Below, piece after piece: positions 38,489 through 48,998 of a stretch of 64,000 nt of DNA. The notes below the pieces were generated by a model. The model saw nothing but the letters and a program-made list of their open reading frames with translations. It searched no databases and had not been told where the DNA came from. Location: positions 10,143 through 74,142 of the forward strand of contig JAZSEN010000057.1 in the NCBI GenBank assembly GCA_045531675.1. The letters are read 5' to 3'. This DNA is from Faecousia sp. GTDB lineage: Bacteria > Bacillota > Clostridia > Oscillospirales > Oscillospiraceae. How positions within the stretch are numbered: the first letter of the stretch is position 1; each line of letters starts with the position of its first letter. A program made the translations under genes and the position numbers.

Positions 38489-38857
38489 TTACTTGCGAGC
38501 GATGCCGCAGACGTTAACGTTGATATTGGCAACGGTGATGCCAGCCATGGAATTCAGCGCAGAAATCGCTGCTTCCTGAATTGCGTTGGCGACATTAATG
38601 ACGCTGGCGCCGTAACCGACGATTACATTGCAATCAACATTTACTTCGTCATTCTCAGAAATAACGACCTTGATTCCCTTGCCCCAGTTCTTCTTACCAA
38701 CAATATCAGCAAATTCAGCACCGGGCTTATTGCTCAGGGTCACAAAGCCCTCGATATCGGTCAAAGCCTGTGCAACAATGGTAGCAATCACGTCCTCAGA
38801 AATCAGAACGCGGCCATTATCCTGCACCTGTGTGATGTACTGCTTATTATCAGCCAT
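38489..38857 (-). CDS. Asp23/Gls24 family protein
   Basis: G.V.ISEDVIATI, KGIKV, YG..V..VA..IQ. Confidence 0.9.
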   Translation of the reverse strand: MADNKQYITQVQDNGRVLISEDVIATIVAQALTDIEGFVTLSNKPGAEFADIVGKKNWGKGIKVVISENDEVNVDCNVIVGYGASVINVANAIQEAAISALNSMAGITVANINVNVCGIARK

Positions 38858-38953
38858 GGTAGTATCCTCCTGTAACTCCGCTGCACGACAGTACAGCATA
38901 TTTTTATACATTATACCACAGCCCTTCAAAAATTACAACAGATTTTTCTATTA

Positions 38954-39505
38954 CTACTTCACTTCCACCACACGGATTTGGTCATAGGTCTGATTAGACT
39001 GGGTCATAACGATATCAGCAATCAAGGCAACGTCCTTTTCCTGAAGTCCACCTTCGGGAGCAGATACAGCCACAGAAATACCATTTTCACTCATATAAGC
39101 AACGCAGTCGGTGTATCCTTTCGCAATGACCAGGCTCTCAATCTGCGCCTCACACAAGGCAATCTGAACAATTTCCTCAAGCTGACTTGTTGAAGTGGAA
39201 GCTTCTGCATCGGAACCGGTGGCGATGGTTTCCTGAAGAATGGTCACAGCGCTGTCACGCGCTTTCTGGCGGGATAAACGGACAGCAGAAAAATAATCCG
39301 AACCGGTATTCACATTTCCAACCTCAACACTTGTACCATCCAGAATCAGCAATTCGTCCGACATAACCTTTTCTGCGTCCAGCGTATCCGCCAATGCCTT
39401 GGCATCTCCCCCGCTGTGCAGCCAGTTCAAATAAATACCGGCACATACTGTAATCAGCACACCAGCAGCGATGAGGTTCTTTTTCCAGTTTGTCATTTTC
39501 ATCAA
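38954..39505 (-). CDS. spoIIIAH: Stage III sporulation protein AH
   Basis: YF...RLSR..RD, E.QIESLV.AKGY.D; last gene of the spoIIIA operon. Confidence 0.88.
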   Translation of the reverse strand: MMKMTNWKKNLIAAGVLITVCAGIYLNWLHSGGDAKALADTLDAEKVMSDELLILDGTSVEVGNVNTGSDYFSAVRLSRQKARDSAVTILQETIATGSDAEASTSTSQLEEIVQIALCEAQIESLVIAKGYTDCVAYMSENGISVAVSAPEGGLQEKDVALIADIVMTQSNQTYDQIRVVEVK

Positions 39506-39516
39506 TATTCCTCCAC

Positions 39517-40008
39517 TTATTTCATTTTCAAAACGGATATCCGGTCCGAGGTCAATCCGGTAGCATCGGAAACCGCTTCAACAATCGCCAGCCGAACACT
39601 GGCATCCTCCGCTCCCTGACATAGAATGATAGCGCCTCGATACTCCGGCGCCAGTATCTGCTGCACAATACCCTGCTGATTCCGGTTCGAGTCGGTGACG
39701 GTTACTGTCTGATAACGCACAGAGCCGCTGGCATCCATATCCTTGTCTGTTTGATATACAGTCTGCTCACCGGACGCCAGAGTCAGCATCACCCGCACCT
39801 TACCGGCCCCTTGAATTTGCGAAAGAATCCCTGTCAATTCTTCAGATTGATTGGTGAATTCCGGAGTATTCGAAACTGGTGTCGTATCTAATTCTTTTTC
39901 AAAATCCGGTATCAACATCAATCCTATACCAATCAACAGAACAATTAGAACATACCGGTATTTTTTCAGCAGTCCCCCGGTCTTTTGCTGCAGTTTCTTC
40001 AAGTCCAT
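39517..40008 (-). CDS. spoIIIAG: Stage III sporulation protein AG
   Basis: ILSQIQGAGKV.VM.TL, P..RGA...CQGA. Confidence 0.9.
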   Translation of the reverse strand: MDLKKLQQKTGGLLKKYRYVLIVLLIGIGLMLIPDFEKELDTTPVSNTPEFTNQSEELTGILSQIQGAGKVRVMLTLASGEQTVYQTDKDMDASGSVRYQTVTVTDSNRNQQGIVQQILAPEYRGAIILCQGAEDASVRLAIVEAVSDATGLTSDRISVLKMK

Positions 40009-40463
40009 GTATGAGCCTCCTTTGGAATCCCCAGATTATCTGCAATGATGGCTTCCAATGTGCGTTTGGTATTGGGCGAAACATTTCCTTTCAAGACCAC
40101 CGCAACCGGTACGGGAACGGAACTGTCATCCAGCGTCACCGACACCTCCAAATCGGCATCCAGCTGTCGGGCTTTGTCCAAGATATATGCTTCACAGCTC
40201 TGTTTTATGCGCTGACCGATTGCGGTCGATGTAAGACTCTGTCCATTCTCCACGGCCAGTTGCGCATCCGATTCGAAGGATTCTGTAAGGACCGAAAGCC
40301 CTTCAATGCGTATGTTTTTAAGTGGTGAAATAATAGCAAAGGAAAGAAACAGTCCTGCAATCAGCTTTGCCACCGTCCCCTGCGTTCCCTTACCATCCAT
40401 CAGTTTTGTGATTATTCCGCTGATAATTGCTGCTGCCAAAATGCTTACAAGATACGCTTTCAT
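39999..40463 (-). CDS. spoIIIAF: Stage III sporulation protein AF
   Basis: Two N-terminal TMs; operon position. Confidence 0.75.
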   Translation of the reverse strand: MKAYLVSILAAAIISGIITKLMDGKGTQGTVAKLIAGLFLSFAIISPLKNIRIEGLSVLTESFESDAQLAVENGQSLTSTAIGQRIKQSCEAYILDKARQLDADLEVSVTLDDSSVPVPVAVVLKGNVSPNTKRTLEAIIADNLGIPKEAHTWT

Positions 40464-41504
40464 CTAGATTACTCCCTTCATAAAGCACACCATGCTAATC
40501 ATCAAAAGCAGACACACCGTTCCGGTCATGGCCAGCAATAATCCCATTGCGCCGGATATATCCATAATCAATGTCGTAATTGTTTTCGATCTAAACGTAG
40601 CACATACAGATGCAGTCATCTTCAGCAACAGATATTGGATGCCAATGCTCAAAAAAGGTCCGATGACAATGGCAACAAGTGCAGTTAGTCCATACACTCC
40701 CAGTGTGTTTTTTACGACTCCGGCGCTAACTAGAATGGTTTCCGACGCATCTGACAGGATTCCGCCCACCACAGGAACCATACCTGAGATAGCCAGCTTT
40801 GTTGCTTTCAAAGCAGTTTGATCCGTTGTACCGCTGATTACTCCGGTTATGGTCATGTATCCGGTGAAAACATACAAAATCACCTTCAGGCTCCAAACGG
40901 ACAGCCATTTGATAAACTGTTGAAGTTTTCCCAGTAGTTCCTCCTTGATTGCAGCGCTGGCGACAACCAGAACTAGATAAATGTATATCATTGGAATCAA
41001 CGCCCGGGATATCAGCCAGCCTAACACCGTATTAAACACCGCTGTTCCGGTGTATAGAGCCGCTGAGCCGGTCACGCCCCCCTGAGCTGCCAGCGCCGTC
41101 GTCATCACCGGCAGCAGTAGTTTTCCATAGTCACTCAAAGCCTGAATGGTCTGCACCGCAGATTGGATTACTCCAGCTGCCGCACCAAGTGTCAGGCATC
41201 CAACAGCAACGGCTCCCGCCAGTTCTGTCACAGATTTCGCTTTGCCCGGAAAGCTGTCCAGAACCGATACAATCATCACAACCGCAACAACCGAAAGACA
41301 TATGGTTGCGCACTTGGTAATGTCCGGTTCCAGCTTACCTACCGCAGTACAAACCACATACCAAAGATCCTCACCGAAACTGTTACGTTCCACCGGCATC
41401 AAATCCGAAACATTGTCCGGTGGCGCAGGTGGAGTCAATTCCTCTGCCTGTACGGGCATCGTCATCGCCAAAATCAAAGCAAACAGCAACAACAGCCTTT
41501 TCAT
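40464..41504 (-). CDS. spoIIIAE: Stage III sporulation protein AE
   Basis: VPVVGGILSDA.ET, KN..G.YG; multi-TM. Confidence 0.9.
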   Translation of the reverse strand: MKRLLLLFALILAMTMPVQAEELTPPAPPDNVSDLMPVERNSFGEDLWYVVCTAVGKLEPDITKCATICLSVVAVVMIVSVLDSFPGKAKSVTELAGAVAVGCLTLGAAAGVIQSAVQTIQALSDYGKLLLPVMTTALAAQGGVTGSAALYTGTAVFNTVLGWLISRALIPMIYIYLVLVVASAAIKEELLGKLQQFIKWLSVWSLKVILYVFTGYMTITGVISGTTDQTALKATKLAISGMVPVVGGILSDASETILVSAGVVKNTLGVYGLTALVAIVIGPFLSIGIQYLLLKMTASVCATFRSKTITTLIMDISGAMGLLLAMTGTVCLLLMISMVCFMKGVI

Positions 41505-41896
41505 ATTTCCCCCAAAATCTCCTGTATCAACTCCAGTACCGCGGTCAGTAACGGCAATGATAGCCACAGAATTACCGCCGTTGTCAGCAATTGCAGCGAT
41601 TTCCCCAATGCTCCGTTACCGGCATCCATGCATATCAGCGAGGCAATTTCACCAATCAAGCCTACACCCACAGCCTTCAGCAGGATTTTAAGCATTTCAT
41701 TGTCCAACTGAGCCAAATTTTGAAGCTGACGAACAAAATCAATCACTGGCTGCAGGTAAACCATGGCAGCACATGCTACCATGCAGCATACCGTCAACGT
41801 CAATAAAATTCCGGTTTCTTTACCTTGCTTGGTAAGCGCTAGTCCAAGCACAACCGCCAGCAGCACTGCCGCTGCACCCTTCCAGTACAGCTCCAT
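41501..41896 (-). CDS. spoIIIAD: Stage III sporulation protein AD
   Basis: ILLKAVGV....IC.DAG. Confidence 0.9.
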   Translation of the reverse strand: MELYWKGAAAVLLAVVLGLALTKQGKETGILLTLTVCCMVACAAMVYLQPVIDFVRQLQNLAQLDNEMLKILLKAVGVGLIGEIASLICMDAGNGALGKSLQLLTTAVILWLSLPLLTAVLELIQEILGEI

Positions 41897-42090
41897 CAGA
41901 AACCAAACAGTCGCTTGACCAGGTCAAACAGGTCTGATATTTTTTGAGCCAGTATCATCAAAACAACCACCAAGCCAGCCAATGTGGTCATGGTTGCCTG
42001 TTCTTCCCGTCCGGAGCGTGACAGCACCTGATTTAGTATGGACACAATGATACCAATTGCGGCAATTTTGAATATCAAATCAATTTCCAT
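41896..42090 (-). CDS. spoIIIAC: Stage III sporulation protein AC
   Basis: IFKIAAIGIIV..LNQVL..SGREEQA. Confidence 0.95.
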   Translation of the reverse strand: MEIDLIFKIAAIGIIVSILNQVLSRSGREEQATMTTLAGLVVVLMILAQKISDLFDLVKRLFGF

Positions 42091-42096
42091 AGGCAT

Positions 42097-42609
42097 TTAC
42101 AAAAACAGAATTGCCAAAGCACATCCGGCACACAGGCCAAGGGTCTGATAGCTTCTCAGTCGGACATCACGGTTTTGTTCCAAAGCCTCCAAATCTGTGC
42201 GGCATTGAATACGGACGCCCTCAATTCCTTTCAATTGTCCCTGCAAATCAAACCGTCCCAAGGAAGATCCCAGCATCAAAAAGTTTTTCCGTATGCTGGC
42301 AGGAAGCTTTCCTGCTTTTTCCACCGCGGAGCGCATGCAGGTGACGGCATCAGGTGAAACCTGGGATTCAAGTTCCGCCGCAAGCAATCCCAGTACCTGT
42401 GCAACACAACCGTTGATATCTGCAGCCGCGCTGCGGCACAGCTCCGGTAATGGTGTCAAGCGATACTGCAGCTCGCAGCCCATATGATTCAGCACCCCAA
42501 TCAATTGCCGCAGCGCACCTTCTTCGCGGCGATGTGCCGCTGCCATGGAAAAGCCAACTCCGCCGCAGGACAGAATAATGCAAACTGCGCCTATTATTTT
42601 CAAGCTCAT
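42097..42609 (-). CDS. spoIIIAB: Stage III sporulation protein AB
   Basis: LKIIGA, ELQY..TPLPE, LG..D..GQ, Y.TLG. Confidence 0.9.
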   Translation of the reverse strand: MSLKIIGAVCIILSCGGVGFSMAAAHRREEGALRQLIGVLNHMGCELQYRLTPLPELCRSAAADINGCVAQVLGLLAAELESQVSPDAVTCMRSAVEKAGKLPASIRKNFLMLGSSLGRFDLQGQLKGIEGVRIQCRTDLEALEQNRDVRLRSYQTLGLCAGCALAILFL

Positions 42610-43448
42610 AATGCCATCCTTTCCACTCTCCAGGACTTGTCCGATTGTAATACTGCAACTGTGCTGAATAATTTGCTTTTAACCAAAGGCTCGTACACCG
42701 AACGGCTTCGAAGATCTGGAATAGAAGCAGCATGGGCTGTTGCCAGCAAATCTACCCCACACCATCCTGCACGAATCAACGCCTGACAATCTGTTTCAGA
42801 TGTAATCTCATCCACAGCAATGGTAGATGGTCCCATAACCCGAAGCAACATATCAATGCCGTGTGATTTAGAGCAGCCGGTAATAACATCCGTTCGAAGA
42901 CCGCGGTCAAAATTCCCCTCTCTCGGGAAAAGTTCCCCACGCTCGTCCACAACAGCCACCGGCTCTTTTCTTCCCCGCAGTCGAATCAAATCACGCAGTA
43001 AAGTGGTTTTTCCGGCCCCGGGTTTTCCGATAATCAGAACAGAGCCGGTACAGTTCCCTAAGCCTGTTGCAATATCAGATACATCTCTTGCAACCCGAAT
43101 ACACAACGATTCAATATGTCTGACGCCAGTCATCACGCCCGACTGAACCACGGCCTCTCCGCAGATACCGATACGATGTCCGCCGGTAGCTGTTATATAC
43201 CCTTGCGCCACAGACGTTGCAGCCCATGGGGAATAGCGCGAAGCAGTATTGATTACGTAGTTTAAGTCCTCCTCTGATACGTTGCGCTGCAATCGGCTGA
43301 CAGAGCCTGTCCGGACGAATTCCACAGGTCGCCCTAACCGTAACCGTAGCTCCTGCAACGTTTCTTTTCCGGACTCGTCCACATCTTGCCGCATCCATAT
43401 CGGTAGTATTGATAGTAATTCCTTCCATGCGCATCTCATTTGCATCAA
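42606..43448 (-). CDS. spoIIIAA: Stage III sporulation protein AA (ATPase)
   Basis: ELRLR, GGHRIG, GKPGAGKTTLLRD, VDERGE, DEI. Confidence 0.92.
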   Translation of the reverse strand: MMQMRCAWKELLSILPIWMRQDVDESGKETLQELRLRLGRPVEFVRTGSVSRLQRNVSEEDLNYVINTASRYSPWAATSVAQGYITATGGHRIGICGEAVVQSGVMTGVRHIESLCIRVARDVSDIATGLGNCTGSVLIIGKPGAGKTTLLRDLIRLRGRKEPVAVVDERGELFPREGNFDRGLRTDVITGCSKSHGIDMLLRVMGPSTIAVDEITSETDCQALIRAGWCGVDLLATAHAASIPDLRSRSVYEPLVKSKLFSTVAVLQSDKSWRVERMAL

Positions 43449-43538
43449 CTCCTGTGAAAACCTATGCGGAAAAAAGCTTGATAATTCATAAATTCTGAAT
43501 ACAAAAATCGACAGCCATCTGACGATGGCTGTCGAAAC

Positions 43539-44306
43539 TTACTTCTTATTCTTTTTATAAATGATGTTCAGACCTTTCAGGAGAAGATCCTTTTCCAGAA
43601 TGATTTTTCGTTTACACAGAGGCGTTATGAACTGCGCCATACCGCCGGTAGCAATCAGAGTGGAGCTATGTCCCAGTTCCTCCTCAATTTTATCTACCAG
43701 ACCGTCAATCATGGCAGCAGTGCCGTAAATCATTCCGCTTCGCATACAGTCCACAGTATTCTTTCCGATAACCTTTTTAGGCTTATCCAGACTGATACCG
43801 GGCAGCTGGGCTGCGCGACTGGTCAGAGCATCCAGCGACAGCCGGACGCCGGGAAAAATAATGCCACCCATATATTTGTTGTCCGGTTCCACCACCTCAA
43901 TGGTGGTAGCAGTACCCATGTCCATCAGAATCAGGGGTGCTTTATACTCAGCCAATGCCGCAACGGCAATTACGATACGGTCACTGCCAACCTGTGAGGG
44001 GACATCCATGTGGATGTTCAACCCGGTTTTCAAACCGGGCCCGACCACCATAGGCTGCTTGCCGATTACCTTGATAACGCCGGTTTTTACAGAATTGAAT
44101 ACAGGTGGCACAACTGAAGAAATAATGCAGTCGGAGATATCCTCCGCTCTAACACCAAAGGCCTCAATCATGCTTTTGATTTCAACGCCATATTGATCCG
44201 AAGTTCTAGTGCGATCCGTGGCAATGCGCGCCTTAAAAACGATTTCATCGTCTTTAATACAGCCGATTACCAGATTCGTATTACCGATATCAATAGCAAG
44301 AAGCAT
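43539..44306 (-). CDS. coaX: Type III pantothenate kinase
   Basis: IDIGNTN, VGSDR, DMGTATT, GG.I.PG. Confidence 0.95.
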   Translation of the reverse strand: MLLAIDIGNTNLVIGCIKDDEIVFKARIATDRTRTSDQYGVEIKSMIEAFGVRAEDISDCIISSVVPPVFNSVKTGVIKVIGKQPMVVGPGLKTGLNIHMDVPSQVGSDRIVIAVAALAEYKAPLILMDMGTATTIEVVEPDNKYMGGIIFPGVRLSLDALTSRAAQLPGISLDKPKKVIGKNTVDCMRSGMIYGTAAMIDGLVDKIEEELGHSSTLIATGGMAQFITPLCKRKIILEKDLLLKGLNIIYKKNKK

Positions 44307-44310
44307 GCAA

Positions 44311-44916
44311 TCAACCTCCGATAACTTTGGTTTTCTCCAGAACCTTTCCGACAGCACCCACAGCGAGGGTGGCGGCAACAATTTCAACCACGGCATTGAT
44401 GCCAACAAAAGCGCAAACAAACACAATTACATTACGGCCGTTCATCAAGTCCTGAATGTAATCCGTTCTGCCGAACAGCAGAATCAGTGCAGACATGAAC
44501 AAAATAGTATTAAGTAAAGCCGCACAGGTACCTGTGATAAAGGAGGCCAAGGTATGATTCGTCACTTTTTTCATCAGACGATAGACATAACCGGAAAGCA
44601 GACCCGCCAGCAGCCTGGGGACAAACCGCTGCACAAATGCCAGAAAAGGGTTGATTCCAAACAGAACTACACCCATAGCACTTGTGCCGCCGATGCCAAT
44701 GCATTGCAAAAAGCTGGTCAAACCAAACATACCGCCAAGTACCGCACCGCCCTGTGGTCCCAGTACAACAGCCGCAATGCCAACGGGGATCATATTCAGC
44801 GAGATGGCCAGCGGACCAATGTTCAGATACCCAAGGGGCGTAAAGGACATGACAAGCAACACTGCCGATAACATTGCCAGCGTCACCAGCTTACGGGTAC
44901 TAAATTTGTTTTGCAT
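44311..44916 (-). CDS. panT: ECF transporter S component, pantothenate-specific
   Basis: FTPLGY, IPV, FGLTS, PR; next to coaX and coaBC. Confidence 0.8.
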   Translation of the reverse strand: MQNKFSTRKLVTLAMLSAVLLVMSFTPLGYLNIGPLAISLNMIPVGIAAVVLGPQGGAVLGGMFGLTSFLQCIGIGGTSAMGVVLFGINPFLAFVQRFVPRLLAGLLSGYVYRLMKKVTNHTLASFITGTCAALLNTILFMSALILLFGRTDYIQDLMNGRNVIVFVCAFVGINAVVEIVAATLAVGAVGKVLEKTKVIGG

Positions 44917-44930
44917 ATTAACTTACCTCC

Positions 44931-44962
44931 TGCTGCCGTTCCTCCTTTGAGGATACAGCGCA
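44931..44962 (-). ncRNA. pan-motif-like 5' UTR hairpin with two bulged adenosines
   Basis: UGC GCUGU A UCCUC AAAG GAGGA ACGGC A GCA, abutting the GGAGGU RBS of panT. Confidence 0.55.
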
Positions 44963-45077
44963 ATATCAGCCATTTTGACTGTTGTGTTATTATACCACGA
45001 ATCATCCGGAAAAACAAGCACTTTACAGAATACCGAATCAGGGGTATAATAATAGCAAATTTCGAGGAGGCATCACT

Positions 45078-46286
45078 ATGCTGAAAGGAAAGACTGTACT
45101 ACTGGGTGTGACCGGCGGAATCGCTGCCTACAAAGCAGCGGCGCTGGCGTCTGCCCTTGTGAAACTGCACGCTGCCGTTGAAGTGGTCATGACCGAAAAT
45201 GCCACCAAATTCATCACTCCCCTGACCTTTGAGCAGCTGACCGGACGGCGAACCATGGTGGATACCTTCGACCGTAACTACTCACATCAGGTTGAGCACA
45301 TTTCCCTTGCTGAGCGGACAGATTTGGTCATCATTGCTCCTGCCACCGCTAACGTCTGTGCCAAACTGGCTCATGGACTTGCCGACGACATGCTGACCAC
45401 CACGGTCCTCGCCTGCAAATGCCCCAAGCTGATTGCACCCGCTATGAATACTAACATGTTCGAAAACCCTGTGACACAGGATAATCTGCAAATTCTGCGT
45501 CGTTACGGATGGGAGGTTATCGAACCTGCCAGCGGAAGACTGGCCTGCGGTGCTGTGGGCAAAGGTAAGCTGCCGGAACCCGAGGAACTGGTGCAGCATA
45601 TTTTGCACCACATTGCCTGCGACAAGGATTTCTCTGGCAAAAGGGTACTGGTCACCGCCGGGCCCACGCAAGAAGCCCTTGACCCTGTCCGTTATCTAAC
45701 GAACCATTCCTCTGGTAAGATGGGCTATGCCATTGCCAGAATGGCCATGCTGCGCGGTGCCGACGTAACCTTAATTTCCGGTCCTACCTCCCTGACTCCC
45801 CCGCCCTTTATCAATGTCGTTCATGTAGTGTCCGCTGCAGATATGTTTGACGCGGTGGCGAAGCATGCACCGGATTCGGATTTCATTTTCAAAGCAGCCG
45901 CTGTGGCGGATTACACGCCAGCTGACTATCAGGATGACAAAATGAAGAAATCCGACAACGATTTTTCCATCCCCCTCAAACGGACACAGGATATTCTGAA
46001 GCATCTGGGTGCTAACCGTAAGAATGGTCAAGTGATTTGCGGATTCTCCATGGAAACCCAAGATATGCTGGAAAACAGCCGCAAAAAGCTTAAATCCAAA
46101 AATGTGGACATGATTTGCGCCAACAACCTGAAGCAAAGCGGCGCAGGCTTCGGCGTGGATACCAATATCATTACCATCATCACCCGAAACGATACCATAG
46201 AGCTTCCGCTCCAAACCAAGGAATCCGTTGCCAATACCATCCTGGACACGGCACTGGAAACAGCAAAAATGACAGGTTTCAAATGA
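45078..46286 (+). CDS. coaBC: Bifunctional phosphopantothenoylcysteine decarboxylase/ligase
   Basis: GVTGGIAAYK, APATAN, PAMN, DPVRY..N.SSGKMG, AAVAD. Confidence 0.96.
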   Translation: MLKGKTVLLGVTGGIAAYKAAALASALVKLHAAVEVVMTENATKFITPLTFEQLTGRRTMVDTFDRNYSHQVEHISLAERTDLVIIAPATANVCAKLAHGLADDMLTTTVLACKCPKLIAPAMNTNMFENPVTQDNLQILRRYGWEVIEPASGRLACGAVGKGKLPEPEELVQHILHHIACDKDFSGKRVLVTAGPTQEALDPVRYLTNHSSGKMGYAIARMAMLRGADVTLISGPTSLTPPPFINVVHVVSAADMFDAVAKHAPDSDFIFKAAAVADYTPADYQDDKMKKSDNDFSIPLKRTQDILKHLGANRKNGQVICGFSMETQDMLENSRKKLKSKNVDMICANNLKQSGAGFGVDTNIITIITRNDTIELPLQTKESVANTILDTALETAKMTGFK

Positions 46287-46301
46287 AACCTGTCATTTTT
46301 A

Positions 46302-48989
46302 TTAGAAATCTTCCGGTACGCCTTCATCAAAGGGAACATCGTCCATGGGAGTACCGCCCTTCATGGCGGCCCATTGCTCTTTGGTAATCAGAATGGCACG
46401 GGGCTTACTGCCCTGGAAAGGACCAACAATCCCCTTCTCCTCCATTTCATCAACGATACGGGCTGCACGGGCATAGCCGAGTTTCAGTCGCCGCTGGAGC
46501 ATGGATACGGATGCCTGTCCGGTTTCGAGAATCACATCCACCGCGGCCGGTAACATCTCGTCACCTTCCAACTCATCAGAACTGGGGTCCGGATCGGAAA
46601 CTGTGGCGGATTTGCTGTTACCTGTCTGCTGTGCTTTCTTTTCGATTTCCTCCATCACCGTCTGATCGTAGGAGGTAATATAGTTATCTTTAACGTAATT
46701 CGCTACTGCCTCAACCTCGGAATCGCTGACAAAACAACCCTGCACACGCAAAGGCTTTCCGTTGCCGATGGGGGCAAACAGCATATCACCACGACCCACC
46801 AGCTTTTCCGCGCCCTGCGTATCCAAAATAATACGAGATTCCATAGCAGATGCAACAGAGAACGCAATTCGGGAAGGAATATTCGCCTTCATCAGACCGG
46901 TAATGACATCCGCAGAGGGACGCTGGGTAGCGATAATCAGGTGAATACCGGCAGCACGACCCATTTGCGCTATGCGACAAATGGATTCTTCAACTTCCTT
47001 TGCGGCAACCAGCATCAAGTCCGCCAGCTCGTCAATAATGACAACCACCTGCGGCAGCTTAGAACCCTCCTCTTCAGCTTCAACGATGGAATTATAGGAT
47101 TCCAAATCACGAACGCCTGCATCGGACATGGCTTTATAGCGGCGCATCATTTCGGTCACAGCCCACTGCAGGGATCCCGCAGCTTTTTTGGGGTCGGTAA
47201 CAACCGGAATCAGCAGGTGAGGAATGCCGTTGTAGATACCCAATTCAACCATCTTGGGATCCACCATTATCAGCTTCACATCATCAGGGCTTGCTTTGTA
47301 CAGCAGACTAATGATGATGGAGTTCATGCAAACGGACTTACCGGAACCGGTTGTGCCGGCAATGAGCATATGAGGCAGCTTGGCGATATTACCGACAATG
47401 CAGCTGCCGCCGATGTCCTTACCAACCGCAAAGGAGGACTTGGACTTCGCTTTGTTAAATTCGTTGGAGCCAATGACATCCCGCAAGGAAACGGTGGTAA
47501 CCGTACGATTGGGAACTTCGATGCCAACGACAGAAATCTTACCGGGTACCGCAGCAATACGAACACCGGAAGCACCAAGACTCAAGGCGATATCGTCAGC
47601 AACAGTCGTCAGCTTGTTCAAACGAACACCCTTCTCCAACTCTACCTCATAACGTGTAACACTGGGTCCACGGGTAACATTGATAATGCGGGCTTCAATT
47701 TTGAAGCTGGCCAGGGTTTCATTCAGACGGCGGGTATTCTCACGCATTTCGTTTGTGCCGTCGGAAACGCCGCCCGAAGAGGTGTGCAGCAAATCCAGTG
47801 GGGGAAAACAATAGATAGGCTTTTCCACCGCTTCATTTTCCGCGATTTCCGCAGCCACCTCAGCAGCAGAATCTGCCGCTTCCTTGGCAGTTACCTTTGC
47901 AGGTGGAGGTTCAACCGGTGCAGGAGGCACAGGTGCCAATTCTTCCTCAATTAATTCATCCGTATTCAACAAAGGCATACCGCTTTCATATTCGAAAACA
48001 GAAACCTCTTGGACCTTTTGAGCAGAGCGATTGCCGGACTTTTTCTTGCCCTGTCCGGAAGATCCGTTATATACCGTATCATCCACATCCGGCACATAAG
48101 TCTCAGCCGCAGTCACCGGTGCGTCAATATCATCAATCTGAGAAATGATTTGACGTGCCTTTTTATTCATGGGCTTTTTCTTTTTCGGTTCTGGTTCATC
48201 ATCCAGCGGAATATCAATGTTCTTCTTTTCTGCCTTGGTTTTCCGATGGTTCTCAATCATTTTGATTCGCTTGGAAGCAATATGGTTAACAACCACCGCC
48301 GCAGGTTCGGGACGAGTATCCTGCTCTTCCAGTTCCCATTCCGCCTTAGGGCGTTCCTCAATCGCGCGAACAATACTGGCCACTGTAATTTGCATCGAAC
48401 CAAGCAGAGTAAATACGGCCGCAATACCGAGAAAAATCAAGCTGATCCAATCAAAGAACAGCCAGCGAAGTGCTCCGGCAACCAGTCCGCAAATGACACC
48501 ACCGGTGGTTCCGTTAATTCCACCGAAATACATGACACCAAGGAACGACTTATCGAAGGGTACTGCGGTTTTGCAAACGAACAGATGCGCAATGCAGCCG
48601 CAAATCAGAACAAAGCTAATTACACATGCCGTCCTCATTTTCACAGGGCGGGAGCCGCTGAAAGCATGAATAACAAACAGGTAAAGCAGCGCAGGAATAG
48701 AAAGATAGAACGCAAACCGTCCCACGCAACCTAAAATAAAGCTGTACATCAAACGTACAATTACGCCATCAGGGCGCAGGAGCATAATAATATGTACCAC
48801 AAAAGCAAGAATAAAGACCAACGAAGTAAAGAAACGAACCGGAATTTTCCCTGCCTTTGTTTCCTTTGTTGTAGGTTTGGGGTTTGCCGCATTCTTAGAC
48901 GCATCAGAAGACTGTCTGCCGGAACTCTTTTTCTTTCTGGCACCGGCTGCCGCCTTCTGTGCTTGAGAGAGACGCTTTTTTTCAGCCAT
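46302..48989 (-). CDS. ftsK: DNA translocase FtsK/SpoIIIE
   Basis: N-terminal TMs, AGTTGSGKS, IDELADLM, ATQRPS, gamma domain LQRRL.LGYARA. Confidence 0.96.
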   Translation of the reverse strand: MAEKKRLSQAQKAAAGARKKKSSGRQSSDASKNAANPKPTTKETKAGKIPVRFFTSLVFILAFVVHIIMLLRPDGVIVRLMYSFILGCVGRFAFYLSIPALLYLFVIHAFSGSRPVKMRTACVISFVLICGCIAHLFVCKTAVPFDKSFLGVMYFGGINGTTGGVICGLVAGALRWLFFDWISLIFLGIAAVFTLLGSMQITVASIVRAIEERPKAEWELEEQDTRPEPAAVVVNHIASKRIKMIENHRKTKAEKKNIDIPLDDEPEPKKKKPMNKKARQIISQIDDIDAPVTAAETYVPDVDDTVYNGSSGQGKKKSGNRSAQKVQEVSVFEYESGMPLLNTDELIEEELAPVPPAPVEPPPAKVTAKEAADSAAEVAAEIAENEAVEKPIYCFPPLDLLHTSSGGVSDGTNEMRENTRRLNETLASFKIEARIINVTRGPSVTRYEVELEKGVRLNKLTTVADDIALSLGASGVRIAAVPGKISVVGIEVPNRTVTTVSLRDVIGSNEFNKAKSKSSFAVGKDIGGSCIVGNIAKLPHMLIAGTTGSGKSVCMNSIIISLLYKASPDDVKLIMVDPKMVELGIYNGIPHLLIPVVTDPKKAAGSLQWAVTEMMRRYKAMSDAGVRDLESYNSIVEAEEEGSKLPQVVVIIDELADLMLVAAKEVEESICRIAQMGRAAGIHLIIATQRPSADVITGLMKANIPSRIAFSVASAMESRIILDTQGAEKLVGRGDMLFAPIGNGKPLRVQGCFVSDSEVEAVANYVKDNYITSYDQTVMEEIEKKAQQTGNSKSATVSDPDPSSDELEGDEMLPAAVDVILETGQASVSMLQRRLKLGYARAARIVDEMEEKGIVGPFQGSKPRAILITKEQWAAMKGGTPMDDVPFDEGVPEDF

Positions 48990-48998
48990 AAGACCCTC

